In this document: positions 16,344-24,827 of the stretch, in pieces | How the letters are laid out: each line of letters starts with the position of its first letter | How positions within the stretch are numbered: the stretch's first letter is position 1 | Assembly (NCBI GenBank): GCA_016209685.1 | Contig: JACQVQ010000012.1 | Span: 823 to 64,822 of the forward strand | DNA length: 64,000 nt | DNA from: Planctomycetota bacterium | Lineage (GTDB): Bacteria; Planctomycetota; Brocadiia; Brocadiales; Bathyanammoxibiaceae | Direction: 5' to 3' | Made by a program: the position numbers and the translations under genes | The notes under the pieces: generated by a model | The model's database searches: none | What the model was told of the DNA's origin: nothing | The model's input: the letters and a program-made list of their open reading frames with translations, nothing else

Positions 16344-18704
16344 ATGACTACCCTTCATACATTCCTTGCCGCAGTTACCCTGCCAGAAGAGGGTCTTGGA
16401 CGTGGGGTATCCCACTCACTCCCACATATCTCCATCCCCCACAGTCTGAAACTCCTGTACGGCCTGGTAAAGGCACACCCGCAGTACGTGGTGGCCTTAC
16501 TGCTGATTGCGGCCATAGGCATCATCATAGGGATAGCCGTAGGAGTAGCCAGGGGGCGAGTGAAGAGATTAAGGCGACTGGCCCTCTTTAAACCTGTGTC
16601 CAGACTGGCCCCCACTGACCTGGGCATTGAAAATTATCTGGGCCAGGGGTGTTACATAAGAAGGGAAAGCGACGATACCCTGGCAGGTCTCTTGGAAGAA
16701 GGGGCGTCGGCTATCCTTGTCGTAGGAAAGACAGGCTCAGGAAAGACCCGTGCGGTCTTTGAGGCCCTGAAAGAAGGTAGGGGCAGGGTAACCCTGCCCC
16801 TACACCCTGCCGGGCATGTAGAGGGACATGGCAGGGCCTTGCCCGATAAAGGAAACGAAGACTACTACATACTAGTCCCCAGGCCCAGACTGACTTCCTT
16901 GAGGGAACTCTCGGTGCCTGGGTTGTCCAGGAAAAGGATTGTCTTATTTCTGGACGACCTCCCCAGGTATATCAAGAAACTAGACGCAGCCGGGTTATTC
17001 AGACAAATGGAAGGGAAGGCAAAGGGGTTAGTGCTCCTTGCCACTTGCTCGCCTGATAAGCTTCCACTCCTGGAAAGAGAAGCACCTGAGTTCCTGAGCC
17101 TCTTCAGGCCCAAGAACCGTATCTCCCTGAGGGACCTTGCCCCTGCCGAACAAAAATCCCTTGCCAGTGCCCTGGGCCGTGACGAAACAACCTCCCTGAC
17201 CAACGCAACCCCCGCCTCTCTCACCCTGAATCTGGCCGAAATGAAGGAGCGATACAAAGACTCCGGGGATGCCAGGCTGATTATCCACTCCCTGCTCCTC
17301 CTACACAGTGCATTTATATCTATCTGTCGTGAGTCCCTGGTAAGGGAGGTCTGTGGACGGGTCTTTAACAAGACGTTCTCACGCTCCCAGTGGAGAGGCG
17401 CCTTGAAGGGACTAATTGCCAGGGGCCTTATAGCAAGAGGCATTGCACCCGGCAAAGAGGGCACACTGGAGATTTACGAGGGGTACCTGGAAGAAGGATT
17501 CGTAGACGACTATACCCCCAGGGAAGAGGATACGGACGCCTTGCAGGAAGTCCTGCTCAAATCAAGGGACTGGGAGGGGTTATTTTCCATAGGGGTGTAC
17601 CGCAGTACCAAGGGGCAGTGGGAAAAGGCCCTCCAGGTACTGGAAAGGGCCGTAGAGGTGAACCCCCATTCCGGCGAGATACGCTATCTCCTCGGTGAGG
17701 CCCATCAGCGGACAGGCATGATAGAAAAGGCCCTGGAGGCCTATAAAGAGGTAGTAAGACTGGACAAACGTAATCCGAAGGCCCTCTATGCCCTTGGGAC
17801 TATCTACAATGAGATGTATATGATAAAGGAGGCCGTAGAGGCCCTGAGGCGGGTCGTGCTACTGGACCCTAATCACTACGGCGCCTGTTTCCAGTTAGCC
17901 ATGGCCTTTGAGAAGGCTGGTATGATAGAAGAATGCCTGGCAATGCTCCGGGAGGCCACAAGTATTGACCCTAATTACACCGAGGCCCATCGTTATCTGG
18001 CGGGCCTGTATCAGAAGAGGGGACAGTACGGAGAGGCCCTGCAGGAATACAGGGAGTTAGTCAGGATCAACCCCAACGACGAAGAGTCACACCTTGTACT
18101 GGCTACGGCCTACAATAAAATCGGCAGGGTAAATGAGGCCGTAACAGAGTTAAAGGAACTCATCAGGATAAACCCCGCCAATCTCAAGGCCCATTACACC
18201 CTGGCCCTAATCTACTATAAGAAAGGCATGCTGGAGGAGGCCATTAAGGAGTTCAAAGACGTGCTCATCCTTAACCCTGAGGACCACACTACACGTTCAA
18301 ATCTTGCCCTGGCCTACTCCAAGAAGAACCTGTTAGATGAGGCCATAGAGGAATACAAAGAGATTCTACGCCTGAGACCCCAGGAGATAGGGGCCTGCTA
18401 CAACCTGGCCCAGACCTACGAGAAGAAAGGGTACAGGGAGGAGGCCGTGGCAAGGTATAAAGAGGTGATTGGGCTTAACCCGGAACATGCCGAGGCCCAC
18501 TATAGGCTGGCCTTGATCAATCTAAAGGGTGAGTTGCTGGAAGAGGCCATGCATGGGTTCAGAGAGGTGATAAGGCTAAGGCCCACCCACGCCATGGCAC
18601 ACGGCCAGCTCGCCATGATTTACCAGAAGATTGGTCTCACGACAGAGGCAAGGAAGGAATACAGGTTGTACGAACGACTAAAGGCCCCCACAACCAGGGG
18701 CTAG
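16344..18704 (+). CDS. membrane-anchored P-loop NTPase with C-terminal TPR array (STAND-like architecture)
   Basis: One predicted TM helix (YVVALLLIAAIGIIIGIAVGVA), Walker A VVGKTGSGKTR, Walker B-like IVLFLDDLP, a helical middle region, then about 10-11 TPR units. Confidence 0.75.
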   Translation: MTTLHTFLAAVTLPEEGLGRGVSHSLPHISIPHSLKLLYGLVKAHPQYVVALLLIAAIGIIIGIAVGVARGRVKRLRRLALFKPVSRLAPTDLGIENYLGQGCYIRRESDDTLAGLLEEGASAILVVGKTGSGKTRAVFEALKEGRGRVTLPLHPAGHVEGHGRALPDKGNEDYYILVPRPRLTSLRELSVPGLSRKRIVLFLDDLPRYIKKLDAAGLFRQMEGKAKGLVLLATCSPDKLPLLEREAPEFLSLFRPKNRISLRDLAPAEQKSLASALGRDETTSLTNATPASLTLNLAEMKERYKDSGDARLIIHSLLLLHSAFISICRESLVREVCGRVFNKTFSRSQWRGALKGLIARGLIARGIAPGKEGTLEIYEGYLEEGFVDDYTPREEDTDALQEVLLKSRDWEGLFSIGVYRSTKGQWEKALQVLERAVEVNPHSGEIRYLLGEAHQRTGMIEKALEAYKEVVRLDKRNPKALYALGTIYNEMYMIKEAVEALRRVVLLDPNHYGACFQLAMAFEKAGMIEECLAMLREATSIDPNYTEAHRYLAGLYQKRGQYGEALQEYRELVRINPNDEESHLVLATAYNKIGRVNEAVTELKELIRINPANLKAHYTLALIYYKKGMLEEAIKEFKDVLILNPEDHTTRSNLALAYSKKNLLDEAIEEYKEILRLRPQEIGACYNLAQTYEKKGYREEAVARYKEVIGLNPEHAEAHYRLALINLKGELLEEAMHGFREVIRLRPTHAMAHGQLAMIYQKIGLTTEARKEYRLYERLKAPTTRG

Positions 18705-18711
18705 GGAATAG

Positions 18712-18739
18712 GTAGGGGCACGTTGCAACGTGCCCCTAC
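18712..18739. repeat. GTAG-headed REP-like palindrome
   Basis: GTAGGGGCACGTTGCAACGTGCCCCTAC, a perfect 28-nt palindrome. Confidence 0.9.
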
Positions 18740-18760
18740 CCCAAACCAACCCATCTAACT

Positions 18761-19090
18761 ATGTTGAAAAGTGTGGCATATATACTCAAAAAACTGGACG
18801 AAGGCTGGGGGAAGCTGAGGCGGTTCTACCTGGTCCACTACCGAGAGGACCACGTCCAGAGGCATCTGACGCTCAGGAGGGGAGAGTGCAGGCGGTGTGG
18901 GAGCTGTTGCCGTCTCATGTTCAGATGCCCACACCTGGGGGGAGAAAACCAGTGTAACATATATACCTGCCGCTACAAACAGTGCATAGCCTTCCCCATT
19001 GACGACCGAGACCTCAAATACCTCCGCCATACCTGTGGGCACCATTTTGTAAATTCAAGAGAAGTGGAAAAGGCCGAAGCAGTAAGATGA
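18761..19090 (+). CDS. YkgJ-family cysteine-cluster protein (CxxCxxCC)
   Basis: CRRCGSCCRLMFRCPHL....C.IY..R...C..FP pattern. Confidence 0.7.
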   Translation: MLKSVAYILKKLDEGWGKLRRFYLVHYREDHVQRHLTLRRGECRRCGSCCRLMFRCPHLGGENQCNIYTCRYKQCIAFPIDDRDLKYLRHTCGHHFVNSREVEKAEAVR

Positions 19091-19752
19091 GACTCCCCAT
19101 CTCCAGATACGGTCTGAGAGAGGTATCCCTCTTCGCCTCCCTCTTATCCCTGCTGTTTTTACTATCCCTTTCTTTCCTTTCCCCTATCTCCTTAAAAATA
19201 GTAGGCCCCCTCTTCCTCATGGCCATTGCCTTTGTCTTTTACTTCTTCCGCGACCCGGAGCGGCCAATCCTTAGAGACGAAAGGAAGCTCCTTGCCCCTG
19301 CCGACGGCCGGGTGACGGAGATAGCCTTAGTAGAAGAAAAGGAGTTTCTCCATAAAGAGGCCACAAAGATTAGCATCTTCATGTCCCTCTTTGACGTCCA
19401 TATAAATCGTATACCATGTAGCGGTAGGGTGGAGTACCTCAGGCACCAGGATGGGCGTTTCCTGGATGCACGCAGGAAGGAGGCCTCCCTGGAGAACGAG
19501 TGTAATTTTATCGGGTTAGTAGCGGACGGCGGCAGGCGTTTCCTCGTGAAACAGGTGGCGGGTATAATTGCCAGACGGATTGTGTGCCCACTCTCTGCCG
19601 GAGACCATCTGGAACAGGGACAGCGCTTCGGCATGATAAAATTTGGCTCCCGGGCAGAGGTCTTTATCCCCAAAGGAATACCATGCAAGGTACTGGTAAA
19701 GGAAGGACAAAAGGTAAAGGCCGGGCTAACCGTCCTGGCTGAACTGGGTTAA
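19087..19752 (+). CDS. psd: phosphatidylserine decarboxylase family protein (short form)
   Basis: FFRDPERP, APADGRVTEI, ISIFMSLFDVHINRIPCSG, VKQVAGIIARRIV, FGSRAEVF motifs. ATGA overlap with the upstream gene. Confidence 0.85.
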   Translation: MRLPISRYGLREVSLFASLLSLLFLLSLSFLSPISLKIVGPLFLMAIAFVFYFFRDPERPILRDERKLLAPADGRVTEIALVEEKEFLHKEATKISIFMSLFDVHINRIPCSGRVEYLRHQDGRFLDARRKEASLENECNFIGLVADGGRRFLVKQVAGIIARRIVCPLSAGDHLEQGQRFGMIKFGSRAEVFIPKGIPCKVLVKEGQKVKAGLTVLAELG

Positions 19753-19757
19753 AACCT

Positions 19758-19784
19758 GTAGGGGCGAACGGCCGTTCGCCCCTA
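19758..19784. repeat. GTAG-headed REP-like palindrome (GCGAACGGCCGTTCGC core)
   Basis: GTAGGGGCGAACGGCCGTTCGCCCCTA. The same unit occurs at 20600 and 53272. Confidence 0.9.
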
Positions 19785-19836
19785 TGCGGTTGAACACGTT
19801 TAACCCCTACGGTAGTAGATAAGACAGGAGGTTAAA

Positions 19837-20598
19837 ATGAGGCTGGCAGACAAAATAGCCCTCGTTACGGGGGGTGGGACGGGGATAGGCAGGGCCATAG
19901 CTACGGTCTTCTCAAAAGAGGGTGCCAGGGTGGCCATCACTGGCAGGAGGAAGGGATTACTGGAGGAGACACTCTCTAAATTGGGCCAAAAGGGCAAGAA
20001 GGCCATTTCCATCCAGGGAGACGTCTCCAAGGCCAAGGATGCAAAAAGGATGGTAGCGGAGACGGTTAAGGCCTTTGGGGGGCTAAACATCCTGGTCAAC
20101 AATGCGGGCGTGGTGTATAAGGACGGTGGTACTACGGAGTGCCAGGAGGAAGGATGGGACGTAACCCTTAATATTAATGCCAAGGGCATATATCTGATGA
20201 GTAAGTTTTCGGTGCCAGAGTTAGTGAAGACCAGGGGGAACATTGTGAATATAGCCTCTACCCTGGGGCTTGTGGGCTCCAGGTGGGCTATAGCTTATGG
20301 CGCCTCAAAAGGGGCGGTGGTCAGCCTGACTAGGGGCATGGCACTGGATTTGGCCCCAAAAAAGGTAAGGGTGAACTGCATCTGCCCGGGGGCAGTGGAC
20401 ACCCCAATGTACCAAAGTTGGATCGGGAAGTATGGGAACCCCAGGGAGGTAGAAAAAAAGATGCTGGAAGACTATCCACTCACCAGGGTGGGTAGGCCGG
20501 AGGACGTTGCCTATGCGGTCCTCTACCTGGCCTCTGACGAGGCAAGCTGGGTTACTGGTGTTGCCCTTCCTGTGGATGGAGGGGCTACGGCGAAATAA
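19837..20598 (+). CDS. SDR-family oxidoreductase (FabG-like)
   Basis: TGGGTGIGRAIA cofactor motif, NNAG, YGASKGAV catalytic motif. Confidence 0.85.
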   Translation: MRLADKIALVTGGGTGIGRAIATVFSKEGARVAITGRRKGLLEETLSKLGQKGKKAISIQGDVSKAKDAKRMVAETVKAFGGLNILVNNAGVVYKDGGTTECQEEGWDVTLNINAKGIYLMSKFSVPELVKTRGNIVNIASTLGLVGSRWAIAYGASKGAVVSLTRGMALDLAPKKVRVNCICPGAVDTPMYQSWIGKYGNPREVEKKMLEDYPLTRVGRPEDVAYAVLYLASDEASWVTGVALPVDGGATAK

Positions 20599-20599
20599 A

Positions 20600-20627
20600 G
20601 TAGGGGCGAACGGCCGTTCGCCCCTAC
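20600..20627. repeat. GTAG-headed REP-like palindrome (GCGAACGGCCGTTCGC core)
   Basis: GTAGGGGCGAACGGCCGTTCGCCCCTAC, starting 1 nt after the SDR stop. Confidence 0.9.
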
Positions 20628-20635
20628 AATACAAT

Positions 20636-20695
20636 AGACCATAGACTAAAAATCCAAAGTCCATAGTCTAAAGTCCTTAGTCCAAAGTCTAAAGA
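20636..20695. repeat. heptamer-periodic element (AAAGTCY flavour)
   Basis: ATAGACC ATAGACT AAAAATC CAAAGTC CATAGTC TAAAGTC CTTAGTC CAAAGTC TAAAGAG. Confidence 0.75.
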
Positions 20696-20696
20696 G

Positions 20697-21395
20697 ATGT
20701 TTACAGGCATAATAGAACACATGGGTAGGGTCAAGGAACTGAGGCGGGCAGGGGAGGGTAGTCTGCTCGTCCTGGAGTTGGGAGCTATGACTAAAGAGGT
20801 CAAGCCAGGGGAAAGCATCTCCGTGGAGGGGGTATGCCTTACGGTAACGGGGCTAAAAGGGGAGCAGGCCAGTTTTGACGTCTCTCAGGAGACGCTCAAA
20901 CGTTCCACCCTCGGAGAGCTAAGGGTTGGACAGGGGGTGAACCTTGAGAGGTCCCTCAAGGTGGGCGAACGTATGGGGGGACACTTTGTACAGGGACACG
21001 TGGACGGTACCGGTACCATCCAGAAAAAGGAGGAACACCCAGGACAGTGCACCATGTGGTTCACCGTATCAAAGGAACTGGCGGAGAACATGATTGAGAA
21101 GGGCTCTGTGGCAGTGGACGGGATAAGCCTTACTGTGGTTGAGGTAAAAGATACAAGTTTCTCGGTAGCCCTCATCCCCTTCACCCTCACCAATACTACG
21201 CTGGGCCTCAAAAAGGTGGGGGATAGGGCCAATATTGAGGCAGACATCCTGGGCAAATGGGTAAAGAGACTTTATGGGACAATGCTTGCCCCGAACCAGG
21301 GCGGTTCAGGGCTTGCGGAAAAGGGTGGCCCTGCCCCTGGCAAGGAACAGGGCGGAATTACGATGGAATTCCTGAAGGACAAGGGGTTTGAATAA
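20697..21395 (+). CDS. ribE: riboflavin synthase, with ~35-aa Gly-rich C-terminal extension
   Basis: MFTGIIEHMG start, two lumazine-binding repeats (GESISVEGVCLTV / GSVAVDGISLTV). Confidence 0.9.
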   Translation: MFTGIIEHMGRVKELRRAGEGSLLVLELGAMTKEVKPGESISVEGVCLTVTGLKGEQASFDVSQETLKRSTLGELRVGQGVNLERSLKVGERMGGHFVQGHVDGTGTIQKKEEHPGQCTMWFTVSKELAENMIEKGSVAVDGISLTVVEVKDTSFSVALIPFTLTNTTLGLKKVGDRANIEADILGKWVKRLYGTMLAPNQGGSGLAEKGGPAPGKEQGGITMEFLKDKGFE

Positions 21396-21409
21396 CAGGT
21401 ACACTTGAA

Positions 21410-21838
21410 GTGGCAGAGACAGTTTCTATAGAAAGGCTTAAAGAATACTTTAGCAAGAGGCAAGACGTGGCCTTCGCCTTCCTGTTCGGTTCGCAGGCCA
21501 GGGGCGTGGCAACTAAACTGTCAGACGTTGACATTGCCGTATATTTTTATCCGAAAAGGAGACATCCACTGGAATACGAGAAAGATGTCTTCTACCCCTC
21601 TGAGGATGAGATACATACAGACCTTGAGCGGCTACTAAAGAGGGAAGTAGAGTTACTAATTTTAAACAGGGTATCTTCAACAATCACCGCAAGTGCTATA
21701 AGGGGTATACCCCTGGTGATAAGTGATTGGGGGCTATACCTTGATTTCATGCTGGCCGTAACAAGAGTAGCAGAAGACTTCATGGACCTTGTGATAAACG
21801 ATTATAAAGAGAAGACCTCCGTTGAAAAGAGAAGTTGA
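21410..21838 (+). CDS. mntA: MntA-type nucleotidyltransferase (antitoxin of a HepT/MntA module)
   Basis: GTG start. FLFGSQARGVATKLSDVDIAV (GSxxxG...DxD) minimal nucleotidyltransferase motif. Confidence 0.75.
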   Translation: MAETVSIERLKEYFSKRQDVAFAFLFGSQARGVATKLSDVDIAVYFYPKRRHPLEYEKDVFYPSEDEIHTDLERLLKREVELLILNRVSSTITASAIRGIPLVISDWGLYLDFMLAVTRVAEDFMDLVINDYKEKTSVEKRS

Positions 21839-22265
21839 ATTTAGGCTCATAAAACATATAACTTTTCTGGAAAAGGAGCTGGAGGATTATAAAATCTTCC
21901 AAAACCTTTCATGGAAAGAGTATTCCGAGGAAAGAAGCAAACGAAGGGATGTAGAAAGATGGATTGAAAACATCCTAAACTCGTCCATAGATATTGCCAG
22001 GATAATCTTAACCTCGGAGGGGAAAACACCACTTGCAGATACATATAAAGATATTGTTCGTTCCCTTCTTGTCGTGCCAGGTTTTGATGAAGCACTTATG
22101 AATAATCTTTCCGAATGGACACCGCTAAGGAATGTCATTTCCCATGAATATTTGGATATTAGATGGTCTTCAATAAAAAAGTTTATAAGTGAAACCGAAC
22201 CCCTATATAAGAACTTTCTTGGGCAGGTCAAGAAGTACCTAGAGAGGCAATTACTAGCCGAGTAG
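21822..22265 (+). CDS. hepT: HepT/DUF86 HEPN-domain toxin
   Basis: RNVISHEY (Rx4HxY) HEPN motif. Overlaps the nucleotidyltransferase gene by 17 nt. Confidence 0.75.
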   Translation: MKREVEFRLIKHITFLEKELEDYKIFQNLSWKEYSEERSKRRDVERWIENILNSSIDIARIILTSEGKTPLADTYKDIVRSLLVVPGFDEALMNNLSEWTPLRNVISHEYLDIRWSSIKKFISETEPLYKNFLGQVKKYLERQLLAE

Positions 22266-22271
22266 TGGAGT

Positions 22272-23228
22272 ATGAGTAAGGTCATCGGTATAACCATGGG
22301 AGACCCCTGCGGAGTGGGGCCTGAGGTGGTACTTAAGGCTATATCCCTGCTGCCCCCGGGTTATGAGCCTCTGGTGATAGGTTCTGGTGAGGTACTGCAA
22401 CGTACCGCCGAGGGCTTGGGCCTTAAACCTGACTGGAAAGAGAGGGTGAAGGTCTTGGACCTGGCTAATTTTGACCCTGGTAAGACGTCCTTGAGAGAGC
22501 CTAATCCCGAGGCAGGGAGGGCCTCTCTTGAGTACGTCCTCAAGGGGATAGAACTTGCCCTGAAGGGTGAGATAGGCGCCCTGGTTACTGGGCCCATAAG
22601 CAAGGAGGCCCTCCACCTTGCAGGCTATCCGTACCCCGGACATACAGAGATTTTAAAGGAAAAGACGGGTGCCCCCAGGGTAACCATGATGATGGTAGTG
22701 GGAGACTTCAGGGTATCCTTCGTAACCATCCACGTCCCCCTGAAGGAGGTGCCAAGGCTCCTTTCTCCTGAGAGGGTACTGGCAACCATAAAGCTGACCC
22801 ATAATGGATTAAAGGAATGGTTTCACGTAGAAAGACCCAGGATAGGCGTATGTGCCCTTAACCCACACGCAGGGGAGGGGGGCTGTTTCGGCTCTGAGGA
22901 AGGAGAGGTTATACTGCCTGCCATCAGGGCGGCCCAGGAGGCAGGTATTAACTGTAGCGGGCCTATCCCGGCAGACGTGGCCTGTCATAAGGCCCATGAG
23001 GGAGAGCTGGAGGTGGTGGTGGCCCTCTACCACGACCAGGGGACTATTGCCATAAAGCTCCTGGGGTTCTTTAGCGGTGTCAACCTTACCCTGGGCCTCC
23101 CCATCGTACGGACCTCCCCCACACATGGCACTGCCTTTGACATTGCAGGGAAGGGCCTTGCCCAACCGGGTTCCATGCTGGAGGCCATCAAGCTGGCGGC
23201 CCGCCTCAAAGTAGGGGGTAGGGGATAG
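22272..23228 (+). CDS. pdxA: 4-hydroxythreonine-4-phosphate dehydrogenase
   Basis: GITMGDPCGVGPE, LNPHAGEGG, YHDQG, TSPTHGTAFDIAG motifs. The last codons (KVGGRG) lie in a heptamer element. Confidence 0.9.
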   Translation: MSKVIGITMGDPCGVGPEVVLKAISLLPPGYEPLVIGSGEVLQRTAEGLGLKPDWKERVKVLDLANFDPGKTSLREPNPEAGRASLEYVLKGIELALKGEIGALVTGPISKEALHLAGYPYPGHTEILKEKTGAPRVTMMMVVGDFRVSFVTIHVPLKEVPRLLSPERVLATIKLTHNGLKEWFHVERPRIGVCALNPHAGEGGCFGSEEGEVILPAIRAAQEAGINCSGPIPADVACHKAHEGELEVVVALYHDQGTIAIKLLGFFSGVNLTLGLPIVRTSPTHGTAFDIAGKGLAQPGSMLEAIKLAARLKVGGRG

Positions 23229-23346
23229 GAACTAGAATTAAGAATTCAGAAGTCAGAATTCAGTAGCCAGGATAAAGAACGGTCGTCCCAAATTCTGAAT
23301 TCTGACTACTGACTTCTGTATTCTTTCCCTGGCCCCTAACCCCTAA
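23211..23346. repeat. nested heptamer-periodic hairpin (G-rich outer layer, CAGAATT inner layer)
   Basis: GTAGGGG GTAGGGG ATAGGAA CTAGAAT TAAGAAT TCAGAAG TCAGAAT TCAGTAG CCAGGAT AAAGAAC GGTCGTC CCAAATT CTGAATT CTGACTA CTGACTT CTGTATT CTTTCCC TGGCCCC TAACCCC. Confidence 0.85.
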
Positions 23347-23352
23347 TTGATT

Positions 23353-24303
23353 ATGGCTACTATTACCTTTCCAGGTACACCATCTGCCTTGAAGGTCCTC
23401 CTGAAAGAGAGGGGGCTTAGACCCAGAAAGCACCTGGGGCAAAACTTCCTGGTTGACCAGAACCTCCTCAGGGTGATAGTTGAAAAGGCGGCCGTGGAGG
23501 ACAGGGATATTATCCTGGAGGTGGGCAGTGGGACAGGTCTCCTTACGAGACACCTTGCCGAGAGGGCCCACAGGGTGCTTGCCGTGGAGATAGACCCACG
23601 ACTGTACGGCCTGACCCTGGAACTCCTCCAGGGTTATGCGAACATACACTTCTTAAACAAGGACGTGCTCAAGACAAAGACCACCATTGACCATGAGGTA
23701 GAGGCCGTGATTATCCGCTGGCTTAGGGAAGAAGAGGGGTTAAGGCTAAAGGTGGTGTCAAACCTCCCTTACTCTATAAGTACACCCTTTATAATAGCTA
23801 TCCTGACAGGGGGATTGCCCGTAGAATGCATGGTGCTCACCCTGCAGAGGGATATTGTGGACAGGCTACTGGCCCGCCCTGGTACCAAGGAATACGGGGT
23901 GCTATCCGTGATAGCACAATTATTTTCGGACGTGGAACTCCTGAGGCAGTTGCCCCCAGAGGTATTCTGGCCGGTGCCCCAGGTGGAGTCCGCCATAGTA
24001 AGGATGACGGTCAGGAGGGAAAGGGTACTTGAACGGATTCCGGACCTTCCGCTATTCAAGCGGTTAGTGAGGTGCGTCTTTCAGAGCCGTAGAAAGACCT
24101 TAATAAACAGTCTCCTCAAGCTGGGCCTGCCTTCCCTGAGCAAGGAGGCTGTGATGGACGTCCTTAAGGGGCTGGGACTGGAGCCCCGTATAAGAGGGGA
24201 GGCGCTGGACCCGGAGGGCTTCACTGCCCTTTTAAGGGAGATTCATCTCCTCAAAGGCAGCAGTACCGCCAAACGTCAAGGAGGGAAAGATGTTAGAAGT
24301 TAA
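23353..24303 (+). CDS. rsmA: 16S rRNA (adenine1518/1519-N6)-dimethyltransferase
   Basis: LGQNFLVDQNLL and EVGSGTGLLT SAM-binding motifs, NLPYSIST. Confidence 0.9.
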   Translation: MATITFPGTPSALKVLLKERGLRPRKHLGQNFLVDQNLLRVIVEKAAVEDRDIILEVGSGTGLLTRHLAERAHRVLAVEIDPRLYGLTLELLQGYANIHFLNKDVLKTKTTIDHEVEAVIIRWLREEEGLRLKVVSNLPYSISTPFIIAILTGGLPVECMVLTLQRDIVDRLLARPGTKEYGVLSVIAQLFSDVELLRQLPPEVFWPVPQVESAIVRMTVRRERVLERIPDLPLFKRLVRCVFQSRRKTLINSLLKLGLPSLSKEAVMDVLKGLGLEPRIRGEALDPEGFTALLREIHLLKGSSTAKRQGGKDVRS

Positions 24304-24781
24304 AGAGGCCGACCTGCCAGCAATAGGCAAGAAATTCACAATAGAAACGGCGGCAGAGGAAACCATAGTGGTAATTATACGCCTTACCGGAGAAAGGGAG
24401 GTATATCGCTTTCTCAAAGGCAAGGAAGAACCAGAGTCTGTAACCACTCTCACCGAGGAAGAGGCCAGGACTATCGGGAACATCCTGGCAGGGGCCTACT
24501 TTGAGCCTGTACACGAGAAGGCGGTGGAATTGGTAATGAAGCAACTCTCCATGGAGTGGATAAAGGTGGAGGAGGATTCCCCCCTGGCTAACAAGACCAT
24601 CGGCGAGGTGGGCATCAGGAAGAAGACGGGGGTATCGGTTATCTCCATACTCAGAGACGCCAAATACATACCCAACCCCCTCCCAAGTGAGGCTATGCAC
24701 GTGGGGGACACCCTTGTTGTATTGGGCAGTAGCGAGCAGATGAAAAAATTCCTGAGTTTTATTGGCAAGTCCAGAGAATAA
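24290..24781 (+). CDS. KhtT-like cation/proton antiporter regulatory subunit (TrkA-C domain)
   Basis: N-terminal LPAIGKKFTIET...REVYRF segment plus a C-terminal TrkA-C-like domain (IGEVGIRKKTGVSVISILRD). Directly precedes a CPA2 transporter. Confidence 0.7.
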   Translation: MLEVKEADLPAIGKKFTIETAAEETIVVIIRLTGEREVYRFLKGKEEPESVTTLTEEEARTIGNILAGAYFEPVHEKAVELVMKQLSMEWIKVEEDSPLANKTIGEVGIRKKTGVSVISILRDAKYIPNPLPSEAMHVGDTLVVLGSSEQMKKFLSFIGKSRE

Positions 24782-24827
24782 TAAGCCCATTTTCCCCCAG
24801 TAGCAGGGCGACGGGGAACCGAATCCA

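Noticed and set aside
16865-17464. 199-aa minus-strand ORF
   Set aside because: It is antisense to the P-loop/TPR protein gene and has a Ser/Arg/Leu-rich shadow composition.
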